64,000 nucleotides of DNA from Octopus vulgaris (Eukaryota): assembly GCA_951406725.2 (NCBI GenBank), contig OX597817.1, forward strand, positions 38,874,001 to 38,938,000. The letters run 5' to 3'. Each line of letters begins with the position of its first letter. Within the stretch, counting starts at the first letter, position 1. Below are positions 13,901-26,248 of this stretch, one piece after another. The translations under genes were made by a program, and so were the position numbers. Under the pieces are notes generated by a model. That model was given only the letters and a program-made list of their open reading frames with translations, searched no databases and had not been told where the DNA came from.

Positions 13901-16900
13901 AGCTGGAATCTTTTTTGACGGAATTGCATATTATTAGAAAGCCTTAACGAGTAATGGCTTTAATGAAAAATTAGTGGGCATGAAGTATCCCTGCTCCAAC
14001 TTCCGAAGAAAGTTAGAAAAAAGGGAAATAACTTGATTCAATCCATCGCTTAACATGAATAGCTCCATAAATAAAGCCTGGTCTTTTGTTGTCCTTAATT
14101 AAACAACTGTTTCCAAGCACATATAAATATCACAAGCTTTCCAATGGATTCAATATCAATATTGTTGCATAAACTACATTGCTATATACATTTCTAATTT
14201 CGTTTTGTTTATTTACTCTTGCATTTGAAGATTTTCTCCCTCTTTTAAAATTATTATTAATCGTTGCAACATTTTCACTACTTTCAGTATAAAGCCAACT
14301 TTCGGGTATCGATACAATAAATGTCAATCAAACACTGAGTTTGAATTAATTGACCCCCTCACATCCTACAAAATTTGCGCCAAGTGCCAAATCAAAAAAC
14401 ATTAAAATTAAATGTGTACACACTCTGACAACACGCAACAATGAATACCCACAGATATAGAATAAATTCACAAATATCCTAGTTTAGTCATCAATTCACT
14501 AATTGTTTCTAATTCATTTATTTTGCACGAAGTAAAATTATTGTTCATATGCAATTAGCCTTTGCGTATTTTGCCGTCAAAAACTCGTTAGGGGTGCTTT
14601 TAAAACCATTCAGATTCCCCTCTGTTGTATTTATAGATCGCACATACAAGCATCAGCACATGGAGATCATTACCATCCGGTAAATATATTTTCTTTTTTA
14701 TATTCAAATCAAACATGGCAGGGAATTAGCCGAATTGTTGAAGCTCCGGACTAAATGCCTTGAAGTCTTTACTCCGGTGCCCTACATTCTGAGTTCAAAT
14801 CTTACCGAGGTCAAGTTTGTCTTTCATCCTTCCACAAAGAATAGACTAAACCCAACCCTCTAAAAATCCCGGGTCTTGTACAATGCCATCGATGGAATGT
14901 CTATAAAGTGAGGATTAGCAACAGGTTTGAATTCTTGAGATAAAGATCAATTCACCAATTTCTTCCGTTTCCATTCACAAAAGGGGTGGGAATTATTTCC
15001 TGTTCGGGACAAGCGCAGCAACGCAGTCAACTGGTCCTTTTCGGGATATGTGGAAAAGGACGAAACGCTTCTCTGCATGCTCGTTCCATATTTGAACATA
15101 GCTGGCTTGACATATGAACACAGAAGAAAGGATCCGGCTGTCAAGTAGATTGTTTTAGAACTTTCATTTAACAAGTAAGGAAGGTAATTTTGCCTTCTGT
15201 AGTGCCTACTACAAGATCGGCACTGTTATGCATTGTTTCGTTCTTGATGGGATGATAGACAACTCAATGAAGGCATTGTTATTGTTTTATGTGTTTATTT
15301 ACTTTATCTGTTACACGAACTGTCAACATTCAGCGTAGTAATACACATTCTCTTTAGACACAGTTCGTACTGTTTACTAACAAAATAGTGCCAAAACGTG
15401 AGGATGTATTCTACACACGTATACCTACGTATACACAGAGATATGAATGTGTAACAGGCACTGTTGTGGACACGACTGAAAGGCCTTAGCTCCACTTGGA
15501 GTAAGTAGTACGCTCCTCCAGAAAAATCCCTGAAAGTTAGATGAAGGTAGCGAGTACACCCAAGTTGCATGAGCCTGCACTCGATACACGATTTGTAACC
15601 CGTGAATAGAAACTTGGAGACACACTTTCCTTTGGTAATCTGAGAAATCTGTAATTGTGTGGAGAGTCGATTGGACTTAGAGGAGTATCTTCCTAAAACG
15701 AATACTTGACCATACAATTTCTTTTCTTTTTATCTCTTGTCTTTTCCCATATTTTGTTGCAGTCTTGTTGTATATGCACATCATATGGTATTTCTTGTTT
15801 GTTTTCCGTACAGCCAATAATAAAATGTTATAATTATTTTTAGTTTTTAGAAATATATGCGTATATGTGTATGCTGTCGTTCAGTTTAATCTCTAGATTT
15901 CTTGCCAATGCAGAAAGCATCGGTTTCTAATCTAGATCCAAGGCTCTTTCATTGGCAATTCAACAACTCCGACAGACTAGCTCTGCATGCATGTGTGTAT
16001 ATTTGCTATTATTTGGCGTTAGTATACGTGAAAATATGTATGATTTGCTTGCAAGCCAAGAGTAAAGAATCACCAACAAATGGTAGATGCAGCGACGCGC
16101 TGTTACAGCGCATACCCCCAAACTGCCAGACATGTGCATATGTAGTTATGTGTCAAGCTTTGGGAAGTTTTACATATTTTTGAAGTTCCTTTGATAACTT
16201 GTATCCGAGGTTTTAAAATTAGTTTTCTCCTTTCTGGTTCTGGGAACCCTAATTTCTCAAGATGTATGTATGTATGTATGTATGTATGTATGTATGTATG
16301 TATGTATGTATGTGTGTGTGTGTTTGTGTGTGTGTTTATCAATGCATGTATACTAGAAATATCACGTATAGTTTTATCGCTCAAGGGAAGAAAAGAAGAA
16401 GCAGTCGATTATTTTGTGTGTATGCCTCGAATGATATTATTCAATGTGAAATTGTCTTTATTTTTCGAGGATGACACAATTTATTCTGTCTCCTACAATT
16501 TTTAGCTTCGTCCTTTATGTTCTGCGATTAAATCCTACCGATCTCCCCTTTACGTTATGTCTTTCTGGTGTCGATTAAATAACTATCAGTTAGATACCAT
16601 ATAGCGATTTCTCCTATAAGTTGTTGACCTTTTGCAACAATCAAAAATTATTATAGCACTTTGTTCTATGCAGTAGATACCGTATCAAATTAAAATAGAA
16701 TGTTTTTTTTTATATTACGTGGATATATAGATGACTATTTTAATTTAATACAGCTTCCATTGCATACGATGACTTTTTATTCAGCTGGGTGGCTATTGCG
16801 AATAGCTGTGAGTGCTTGTTACCCGTTTCCTACACATTCTGGCGACAAATCTCGTCTAAACGTGAGACTAGCTTTGAGTACACGCCATTGATAAAACCCA

Positions 16901-19900
16901 ACAAGAATAAGATGCATCTGGCGATCCTGCTAACCACAGCTGGAACGATTTTCGTCTCCCTCCGATATATATATTTTTAAACAAGGCACGTCCATAAGAG
17001 ATGTTATCTCTGGACGAATACCGCAGTAAATTTCCTTTCAGCGATGTAATTATATTAAGTATGAAATTTGTAGTAATATATATGGTAAACTTTGACAGCT
17101 GCTCATTTTGCGCCATTATAATATTTTGACAATCTTTATTCTTTGTTAGAAAGCTGACACATATATTTCTTTATTCTAACTCATTTTGCGCTTTATAAAG
17201 TTTTTATAAATCGTTTTTTGCTATTTTAGTTTAGAGATAGATAAGTCGAAAATTCGTACAGTTTTGAAATATGAGTTCTTTCTTGGAAATACAGCATCAC
17301 AGAAAGCTCGGAATATTAATGGAGTGTTTCATTCTAATGATATTACACAGCAGACAGTATCAAATTGATTTTCAAAATATCACTCTGGTAACTTTGACCT
17401 CACAAATGAGCAACGCAGTCGACTAGAAACAAAGGTGGATAATGACGAAGTGAAAGCCACCGTCGAGTCAGATCCATCTCAAAGTGCCCGTGAAATATTG
17501 TTGTTGTTTGGTATTAGCAAGCAAACAATATTGACTCACCTAGTTCAAATCGGTAAAGTGAAAATGTTGGATAAGTGGGTTCCACATGAACTCAATGAAA
17601 ATCAGAAACAGCAACGTTTGGAAACCTGCATTATGCTACTTAGGCGTCACAAAAATGAATCATTTTTTAATCGAATTGTAACATGTGATGGGAAATGAAT
17701 CCAATACAACAACCGTAAACGTTCAGCACAATGCGTGGACAAAGATGAGCCACCAAAACATAGTCCAAAAAGCAAAATTCATCAAAAGAAGCTGATGATG
17801 TGTGTTTCGTGGTCTGGCGCAGGTGTGATCTATTATGATTTCATTAAACCTGGCTCATCAATTACGGCTGAAGTATACTACAGCCAACTAGACCAAATGA
17901 TGCAGAAACTTAGAAAAAAAAAAGAACAGCCTAGATCAGTCAACATATCCACTCCTATTTTATTGCAAGACAACACCAGACCACACATCGCAAAAATGAC
18001 ATTAGTGAAACTACAGGAGTTGCAGTTGGAAGTTCTCCATCATCTACCATACTAACCTGATCTTGTCCCACTCATTACCACTTCTTCCAGAATTTGAATA
18101 ACTTTTTGATAGGAAAAAAATTTAACTCCGACAATGCTGTAAAACAGGCCTTCCAAGATTTTATTGACTCTAGATTGCCAGCTGGACAAGCTACCGCTGA
18201 AATGGCAAAAGTGTATTGACAATAAGGGTGAATATTTTGATGAATAAAACTATTCCTTGTATTTATAAAACAATCGCAAACTTTTTTTACTTTTCTACAA
18301 ATTTCATACTTGACTACTTAATATTACGCTGGCAGTCCGTCTTTACGTTTTAAGTTAAAATTCCTCCAAGGTCGACTTTGCCTTTCATACTTTCGGGGTC
18401 TATAAAATAAATACTAGTAGAGCATTGTGGTCGATGTAATCGAGTAGTCTTCTCCCACAAAATTTCGCGCCTTGTGTCTATAGCAGAAAGACTTATTACA
18501 CTTATCTATATCAAATATGTTTAATATATCAGAATGAAACATCAGGTATTTTCTTCTTCACTATGTTTATAATTATTTGTATCCCTCAATGAATGATTAA
18601 CCCTATTGACTTTAGCTGGGAACTGGTTTTAAAAACAGCTTCTCTTCTCATTGGCGACACCATCATTTTGCCAGCTTTTGAAGATATAGAAGACGGTAAC
18701 AAAGGCACACAAGGAAAATGGACAAGCTTGCAACTCAGCACCAAGAGAAGCAAAACTATAGTCAGCTACTCTTTGGCTGAATTGCAGTTATGAGTAAAAA
18801 CGTAGACCAAGTGCAATTTTTCCATTGTATTCTCCCAATCAGTTGAAATGTGTTATTCTCCCAATCAGCTGAAATGAAGTGAAATGATTTTGCCTGTGAT
18901 TCAAGATGGAGTCGCAAATTTGACTTTCCAAGACCTTACTACTATCTCCTAATTATAAACACTTACTTTCAAATTCAAAGCGCGCGCGCGTGTGTCTGTG
19001 AGTGAGTAAATATATTGTATCAAGTGATAATGAAACATTCAAAAACTAATCATATCTATTCTATATTTCAGATCCCGAATATTCGGCCGAAGTGGTGGTC
19101 ATGGAATCCAACTGGTGCTTATAGTCTACATTTACCAAACAGGTTAATCATTAAATTATTTTTAAGTATTATAGGTTAATAAAATAAAATACTAAACAAA
19201 TGCTGAAGTCGACTAATACACCACCCACCACTAACTACACCGCTACCATCTCCTCTATTATTATATGGTATTGCAAAAGTCTGTAATCTTACATTTTTTG
19301 TCGTCTACAATCATATCTGGTCTCCTTGCTTCAATAGTATAGTCAGTCTTTGTGGAGAAATTCCATAAAATTTGTAAAGATGAAAAGTCAGCTTTGCCTT
19401 TCATCTTTCCAGATCGATAAACTAAAATAGTCAATTTTATAATAGGCTAACATCCTCCCACAAATTTTCATTTCTTGTTCTTATTGAAAAAGGATTATCT
19501 ATTTCTGCAAGGGCAATGGATTAGCAGTGTTATTAAAGCATTGAAAGGAATGTCCTGTATTATTCGGTCTAGCTCTTTATATTCTAAGTTCAAACATCTT
19601 TAAGATCAATAGTGCCTTTCATCTTTTTGGGTCGATGGTATCGACTAACCTCTTCTATCAAGGTTGCTGGTCTTGTATTATAATTAGGAACAAAGGCGGC
19701 GGCGAACTGGCCGAATTGTTAGCGTTGGGAAAATACTTTTGCGGTTTTTTACAATCTGATTTCAAATCTCATCGAGGTCCAACTTTGCCTTGCATCCTTT
19801 TGGGTTCAAGAAAATATAGTGCAAGTCATGAAATAGAGTCGATGGTATCGACTGGTCTTTAACCTAGAGTAGAAACAATTATTGTTGTTGTTCAGTGTAA

Positions 19901-22900
19901 TGGGGCCGATTATACACTTCCTCAAAATTTGTGGCCTTATGCCAATGTTAAAAATCCTTTTGTAGAAAACGGTGAAGAGAGACAAATAAAATGTATTGTG
20001 AAATTTGGTCTCTGTCTCTTTAAATTTGGATTTCAAAGCAGCACTTGTATCAGATATACCTTTCGTCCTTTGCTGATCAATATAATAAAGTAGCAGTCAA
20101 GTATTGGAGTCTATTTAATCTTTATATATAAAAAGCAAGATGTGTGTGTGTGTACGTGAATGCAATTTATGCATGTCCACAAATTAGCACACATGTTGCT
20201 CCAATTTTAGGAGGATAACGATTTCTAACTAGTTGGGTCTCATTAAACTTTTGTACAATCGGGGCTTCTCGTTATCTTAATCATATTGTTTACATGTGTG
20301 TCGATTCTTACCAATCCCATATTATCTGTTTGGTACCTCCCAAAAACCTCACTCTCCAACGGTGTTAGACTTTTTCCCGACAAGCCAATTTATTGCACTT
20401 TTGAACTGTTAACATCCAATAGATTGTCCATTAGTCAATGAGAATAATTCATATGTTCCATAGCGTGTTAAATAATTTACCTCACGTACTTATTGACAAG
20501 TCTATACCAACAAGATATATACAATTTGTCTATAATATTATGATGTTTTATTCATGTCACTGAAATTACAAGAGATTATGTCTCGGTGGACATAATCACT
20601 TGTTAATTTGAGAAGAAAAAAAAAAAAAGAAATGCAGTTGATTTTACATTATCTTTGCATATTTTGTAAATTAGTGACTAATATTTCGATTCTTATTGGA
20701 TGGTCATATTGTTTTTGTCGGTTTTGCTGGATATTGACGGATGTGTAGAGTTTGAGAGATTAAGCATGGTTTTTGTCTTCAGAAGTTGAATGAGATCCAA
20801 GTCAAAAAGTGGTGTCTCTCACTTGTCAGACCAGCATGCTTGGAAGGCCTTTCATCGGGTAGTACTGACCAAAGGGTAAACTATGATAAAATAGATGCTT
20901 TCTCTCTCTGAAGTTATCTATTTTTGACACCAATTTTGCATTATTAGTGGGGGAAAAAAGAAAAAAGAAAAATGCTACCTTATAGTTTCATTTAGTTGCT
21001 TTCAATTAATGAAGAAACAATTTTAGCCTCAATACACCTGTCACCCACTTACAGGTAACTGAAACACATCAATGATTTGCCCTATACAAGAGTGCAACAA
21101 CTTTCTCATTAACAAAATCTTTACAAAGCACCATAGGACATTTTCCTTGTTCCTTTACAGGTGGGGCCTGATTCAGTTTAAGGCAAGTTCAAATGGATCG
21201 TCTTCCTTCAACCATGACCAGTTTATCCCAGACGACTATCGTACAGCTTACCATACACTGGGGATTATTTTCGAGTCTTTACATGTAAGTAGGACTAAAA
21301 CGTTTTAAATGCCTAACATCTTCAATGTTACTTTTCAATTTTGTTTTTCTTTTCGTTGCAGTTAGATAAAACATACAACCTCCAAATAATAGAAATGTAC
21401 AAAGTCCTCTGTTTCATATATGAAAAATAGCATGTTAAAAAGGATGCAAAGCATGTTTTACCCACAAGGCATGTCTATGTGGTTAAGAAGCTTGCTTTCC
21501 AGCCACAAGGTTTCGGGTTCAGTCCCATGCACACGCACACTTTAACTCCAACTAATACAAATGCGCTAAGTCCTTGAAACCCTTCCTAACGTGGTTGGCG
21601 TTAGGAAGGACATCCAGCTGTAGAAACACTGCCAGATCAGACTGGAGCCTGGTGCAGCGTCCTGGCTTCCTGGACCCCGGTCGAACCGTCCAACCCATGC
21701 TAGCATAGAAAACGGACGTTAAACGATGATGATGACGATTTATATAAGAATAACCTGCTATAAGATTTTACACCATTATCAACTATTTAGATGCATGTAT
21801 AAATGACCTTTTCGCAGAATCGATTTGGATGAATTATATTCTAATTCTATTCTAAATCAGGGTTTAGCAACAGATGAGCCACAGCCCACAAATCGGCCGC
21901 TGAGATGTTCTGTGAGCCTGGGACAGTCTCTAAACAAGTCTTCAAATTTAACGTAATTGATTGTCTTTGAGCAGTTAATGATTCCTTGATAATTATTTGC
22001 ATCACCGTTTGTTTAATTTTTGCTTACATAAGTATTACTGGTGATGGAAATGAAGGATGATACTCAGGGATATGTTTATATGCAAAGTGTGATATGATAT
22101 ACATGTGAACTAAAGGCAAATGTAAAATAAAAGATCCAAAGTCTCATTACAAAACGATGTTACTAATCCATGTTTTAGATATTCAGTTTTCTTATTTAAT
22201 GATTGCTTTAATCTTTTTTTTTTTTTCAGAAATACAAAGCACTGTTTGGTAGCTATGTGAGCGATATAACTCAGCTGGATCTTCCACCATACATAAACAA
22301 CAAAATGTGTACCCCAGCACCCCAGATTACTTTAGACTGGCGAGGTTTTGTTGTGTCTTTAACTCCAGACAAGGGACAGTTGCAGCCAATACACATCCGT
22401 GCAGATAGATTTGTTTGGTTCGGACACATAGATAAGTTAGGTAAAAATTATTAACAATGAAAATACTTGTATAAGTGAATATGCAATATAATGTAGACCC
22501 CTGAATGAAATACATGTGCTAGTCAAATCAAAAGAAAAATACTTTTCTTTTTCTTTAATCTTTATTCTGTTCACCAGAGAAAAGGAGAGAGAGAGGCACT
22601 GAAAAGAATCTCTCCAAAGAGCTGATCAGCAGGTCTTCAGAGAAGGAACCCACATCTCAAGCAAGTGTTTTGGCCCTTCTAAATACTCTAAGAAGACCAG
22701 ACCGCATCCACATCAGGAGTCATGACTTGGGCATGGCCCAAATCTCTTAGACTGTAAAGTAATTAAATGCTGAAACACTTGCCTGAGTGGTGTTTCTTCT
22801 CTGAAGTCCTTCTCAGGTTCAGCTCTCCCAAGAGTTCCTTGCCGGTATCACACACACACACATTATATAAGTATTTTCCCTCTGACCTATTACTGATATA

Positions 22901-24015
22901 TACAAACAGCATCACTATTTTCCTTGTTTCGATAAATACTTAATCACATCCAAGCCTGGGCAATTGAGGTGAATACGCTTTGCTAATGAAATCAACAAGA
23001 TTGAAACATTCATTGCTTAAAGATGTGTTGCCTTAATTTTCCAAGATTTTGAATTACTTGATATCGCTGAAGTTGTCTCCCAGGTTTCTAGTTTTAGATT
23101 TTAACCCTTTAGCATTCAGATTAATTTATCAAATGTAACGCTTATGTATCCACATTTTAAAAAAATAATTATGTATTATCTCAAAGTCTTGATATTTTGA
23201 TGATGTAATTGTTTATTTTTAGAATATCATTGTAGGGTAGGTGTAAGAGGCTGAATCTGGTTAGTTTTAACATAAAACTGGTACAATATATGAGCCAGAT
23301 ATGGCTGGTTTAAATGATTTTGTCTATTAATTGCAAGGAAAATTTCACTTAATAGTGAGTTGAAAGACCAGTTAACACAGTGTAGTGAGCTTCATGTATC
23401 AACAGTAACTGATATAGTCGCCAGACCTGCTAGATATAGCAACCAAATTTCTCATATTCTGACTGGAATGTCTGATCATGTCTATTAGACTAGAAAAAAC
23501 CTGGGGCTACAAAAAGGCATTCTTTTAAAAGGACATTGTTTAGTTTAATTTCAGTATCTTTAGCAAACAAGAGCCATTGTGTTTGTCATTTTCATTAAAA
23601 GCTTCCATTTTCCACAAATAAAAAAATTATTTAATTGTTTCTTTGAGTTTATAAATCAATTTCTCCAAAATCCTTTCTGTTGGGGTAATAAAACAGCAAT
23701 TTAAGAAGGCTGAAATTCCTGCTTCAGAAATAAAACTCCCAAGTTCAAAATGAAATATGGAATATATATATTATAATACAACAAATAAATTGTGATAAGG
23801 CAAATTAACTGGAGATATCTCATATGGATGTGCTGCAGATGAAAATTATCCAGCAGTGGCAGTGATAAAGCTAAATGTACTCACACCAACTGCACGCTAG
23901 GACAAACTCCATTGCTACTGATATAGGAAAATAGTGGTAAATGATACACATATAGCTTTTTTAATCTAATACTTCTGTTGCAGATTACCAGGTTTTTATT
24001 CAGCCATGTGGCTAA
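535..24015 (+). CDS. Multi-exon gene: type II membrane or secreted protein with a CBM9-like (DOMON-like) carbohydrate-binding domain, ~420 aa
   Basis: Phase-consistent GT-AG exon chain: 535-710, 2856-3019, 5101-5238, 6649-6671, 8098-8129, 9803-9860, 11571-11667, 13077-13188, 14637-14679, 19072-19142, 21161-21284, 22230-22440 (or read-through to a stop at 22454), putative 23984-24015. Motifs IEIDGLIDEFAW..VPWSEKFVDLQG, TRFKIRWDDNNLYIAALLEDPHVWA, DSDVFNDNAFEIFLD, YKEIGVNAFSTVWD, FWSVEMSLPF, WYANFAR, WWSWNPTG..LHLPNRWGLIQF follow the order I recall for bacterial CBM9-like proteins. Confidence 0.85.
1718..2114 (+). mobile_element. tRNA-derived SINE (octopus-type)
   Basis: A-box tggctgtgtggt and B-box ggttcagtccc; related copies at 54610-54755, 56120-56390, 57893-58055 and 21465-21530. 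Confidence 0.85.
2856..3019 (+). CDS. CBM9-like gene exon 2
   Basis: tttttgtttaag| acceptor gives the matching phase; FLEKNIIEACAAETCDVPLPHTYVVQHLNEETIEIDGLIDEFAWNQVPWSEKFV; donor G|GTACGT. Confidence 0.8.
3278..3814. mobile_element. MITE with long TIRs inserted in a SINE
   Basis: cgcgaaatgtttttcccacgagagttccagac / gtccggaactctcgtgggaaaagattttcgcg; subterminal pairing continues inward. Confidence 0.75.
4665..5072 (+). repeat. Compound (TG)/(TACA)/(TA)/(CA) microsatellite
   Basis: Direct reading. Confidence 0.92.
5101..5238 (+). CDS. CBM9-like gene exon 3
   Basis: DLQGRRGHDPILTTRFKIRWDDNNLYIAALLEDPHVWANRTEHDSD; AG acceptor and GTATG donor. Confidence 0.88.
5667..5797 (+). repeat. (CCT)n(CAT)n trinucleotide microsatellite
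   Basis: Direct reading; source of the spurious poly-Pro/His ORFs. Confidence 0.95.
6114..6201. mobile_element. Tiny hAT-type MITE
   Basis: TIRs cagcgtttatcaaac / gtttgaaaaatgctg; 8-bp TSD gtctagta / gtctaata. Confidence 0.7.
6649..6671 (+). CDS. CBM9-like gene exon 4 (23-nt microexon)
   Basis: tttcatttcag| VFNDNAFE |GTAAGT; phase 1 to 0. Confidence 0.82.
7840..7907 (+). repeat. (GA)n microsatellite
   Basis: Direct reading. Confidence 0.95.
8098..8129 (+). CDS. CBM9-like gene exon 5 (32 nt)
   Basis: tttttcttcatag| IFLDTAGSFH |GTGAGT; phase 0 to 2. Confidence 0.82.
8405..8720 (-). mobile_element. tRNA-derived SINE, second family
   Basis: Reverse strand reads gtggttagggtag...gagttcgat (A and B boxes); homologous copy at about 51180-51480; related heads at 2625-2760 and 3097-3245. 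Confidence 0.75.
9803..9860 (+). CDS. CBM9-like gene exon 6
   Basis: ttctccttctag| KYKEIGVNAFSTVWDALLTK |GTAAGC. Confidence 0.85.
11571..11667 (+). CDS. CBM9-like gene exon 7
   Basis: AYIDRGEALQNWDSRVNVAVNVDGEVNNPNSQG; AG acceptor and GTAAAT donor; phase 0 to 1. Confidence 0.82.
12279..12510 (-). mobile_element. LINE ORF2 C-terminal remnant
   Basis: FPSKGPALFNIVPKQIKE..ITFKRNLDKFLQGIPNKP resembles CR1-clade C-termini. Confidence 0.6.
13077..13188 (+). CDS. CBM9-like gene exon 8
   Basis: tttttctttgtcag| DFWSVEMSLPFSQLLAGSVKTDTKPHNLEIWYANFAR |GTGAGC. Confidence 0.86.
13464..13585 (+). repeat. (TACA)n/(CA)n microsatellite
   Basis: Direct reading. Confidence 0.93.
14637..14679 (+). CDS. CBM9-like gene exon 9
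   Basis: tatttatag| SHIQASAHGDHYHP |GTAAAT; supplies the required phase 2 to 0 bridge. Confidence 0.7.
17053..18323 (+). mobile_element. Full-length but inactivated mariner (DD34D-type) transposon in an intron of the CBM9-like gene
   Basis: TA-bounded TIRs (tattaagtatgaaatttgtag / ctacaaatttcatacttgactacttaata); transposase motifs WVPHEL, IVTCDGK*, LLQDNTRPH, HLPY*PDL with in-frame stops. Confidence 0.92.
19072..19142 (+). CDS. CBM9-like gene exon 10
   Basis: atatttcag| IPNIRPKWWSWNPTGAYSLHLPNR |GTTAAT. Confidence 0.83.
21161..21284 (+). CDS. CBM9-like gene exon 11
   Basis: ttcctttacag| WGLIQFKASSNGSSSFNHDQFIPDDYRTAYHTLGIIFESLH |GTAAGT. Confidence 0.85.
21858..22172. mobile_element. Degenerate hAT-type MITE
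   Basis: cagggtttagcaac / gttactaatccatg ends; degenerate 8-bp flanks ttctaaat / ttttagat. Confidence 0.45.
22230..22454 (+). CDS. CBM9-like gene exon 12 (stop at 22452-22454 if unspliced; alternative donor after 22440)
   Basis: poly-T-cag acceptor; KYKALFGSYVSDITQLDLPPY...IHIRADRFVWFGHIDKLG(KNY*). Confidence 0.8.
   Translation, partial: KYKALFGSYVSDITQLDLPPYINNKMCTPAPQITLDWRGFVVSLTPDKGQLQPIHIRADRFVWFGHIDKLGKNY
23101..23316. mobile_element. piggyBac-type MITE, same family, opposite orientation
   Basis: ttaaccctttagcattcagatta...gatatggctggtttaaatg is the reverse complement of the 30361 copy. Confidence 0.65.
23984..24015 (+). CDS. Putative terminal exon of the CBM9-like gene (DYQVFIQPCG*)
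   Basis: ctaat branch-like motif then acttctgttgcag acceptor; phase 1 matches the AG|GTAAAA donor at 22441; AATAAA at 24550. Confidence 0.45.
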
Positions 24016-25313
24016 TTGCTACACCAGTGGTTTTGTGTGTGCATCTACTTTTCACCAAAGGATGCAAACATCAGTAAGGAAACTAAAAAATTGGTGATTT
24101 TCAAATTCCTATGTGGTATTTAGTCTGCACAGAATTACAGATACTCCTTTATCATTGTCACTATCATAAATGAAATGATCCAGTGATTATCTCACTGAAT
24201 ATCTAACTAGCAACACCACTGTTCAACCACTGATATGAAATTACACACACACACACGTGAATATTCTTTCCAAAAAAAATGACAGCAGACTGGTCAAGAT
24301 TGAATTCTATATCAGGTAATATCAGTACCATAACCCTCAAAATATGACAAAAATGCATGTACGTGTATGTTTGTAATCAAAAGATTTTTTACAACAACCA
24401 GAACAAAAAACAAAAAAAAATAGTAATAGAAATAACAACAAAAAAATATCTTTGTAATATAATTTAATATTACTCTAATAATGTTAATATACACAGTTCA
24501 TGGCTCATGTGTTGCTGTAATCTTTTTCTTTCTCTCTTCCTTTCAATCCAATAAACTCTTATCCATAACACACAGAATTGTTTTGATATTTTCATTCAAA
24601 ATTTCAAACTGAAAATCATTTATACACGAATATATATGGGTGTGTATATATATATATATATATATATGGAAATATATATTAAGCAATAACCAGGCCACAG
24701 ATGACACTTGTTCACTACAGCACTAAAAAAGTGAAAAGGGAGAATGCGCACAAGCAAAAACTAGAAAAAATAACAATAAAAAGAAAAAGGATATTTAACA
24801 ACAACCAAGCAGGTGTTGGATTAGATATCATTACACTTATGGTAACAGAAATTAGAATATTGAAATGTAAAAAAAAAAGTGGGGGGGATCTAAACCTTAG
24901 ATTTATTTAGAGAGAAAAAAAATTAACACCTTAGGGATGGCATAGGTAAAAACAAAAAAACAGAAAATCTCTAATAAAGGACTGGTCTCTGGAGTATATA
25001 AACATACATAAAGAATGTCCTTGTAATTAAGGATTTTTTCTTTAATATCAAAATAACATCAGAAAACACTTGGCATAGGGGTAATATGTACATGTACACA
25101 CATAGTGTGTCCTCTATGCCCATGATGTTCTTTTTAGACTTCCTGTTATACCCCAGTGAAGATAGGACATTATCACAATTTAATTGACCATGCCACAAAA
25201 CGTTTTTTTTTAACCTACAAGTTAGATTAGAATTATCAATATATATACTTATAAAGTTTAATTCCATACTAGCACCAGACTTCAGGTAGATACTAACACA
25301 GATTTTATAAATG

Positions 25314-25388
<75 letters not shown>

Positions 25389-25548
25389 AAGTGAAAGATT
25401 ATATGTACATATATATATACATACATGTTTTATATATATATATATATTACATATATGCATGTATACAAATGTATACATATAAACATGTATATATCTATAA
25501 TTATAAATATGCACATATTCATTACATACACATGTACTTATGTGCGTC

Positions 25549-25602
<54 letters not shown>

Positions 25603-25728
25603 TTCACACAATGCATACAGATATGTGTACATATACATGAATACATATTCACACACAAAGACAAATGTGTGTGTATATATATGCATTTGTACATATACAT
25701 GAATACTTATCCACACACACCAAGACAA

Positions 25729-25759
<31 letters not shown>

Positions 25760-25827
25760 CATACACATGCATATATGCATGTGCACATATATATGAATAC
25801 ATATCCACACACAAACAAATGTGTGTG

Positions 25828-25879
<52 letters not shown>

Positions 25880-25918
25880 TATACATGAATACATACACAC
25901 ACACACATATACATGAAT

Positions 25919-25965
<47 letters not shown>

Positions 25966-26008
25966 GAAAGACAAACGTGTGTGTGTGTGTGTATATATAT
26001 ATATACAC
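25314..26008 (+). repeat. Compound TA/GA/CA microsatellite-minisatellite downstream of the NXF1 stop (likely 3' UTR)
   Basis: Repeated catatacatgaatacata...cacac...aaatgtgtgtgtata units. Confidence 0.9.
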
Positions 26009-26209
26009 AATCGTTTATCAATCTTATAGTAGTTCAAGTCTTTGAAGTTTTACAAAATTTTGCTCACATTGCAATCCACACACAATTTTATGCCAGCAAC
26101 ACAACAGAGAGAAAACATGTACTAACATTTGGAAACTAACAAAAAAAAAAATGTATGAGTATGAAATATTTACAAGAATGTACATAAATAAATGAATGGT
26201 AGATATTCT

Positions 26210-26248
26210 TCATTTGATGAATGCTTCTAATGGGATTTTGCCATTTGT
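26210..26248 (-). CDS. NXF1: NXF1 terminal coding exon
   Basis: tttcag| TNGKIPLEAFIK*TGA. Confidence 0.93.
   Translation of the reverse strand, partial: TNGKIPLEAFIK

Noticed and set aside
24971-26139. Many 100-200 aa ORFs rich in Y/I/C/V/H/T
   Set aside because: Artefacts of dinucleotide repeats, which lack stop codons.
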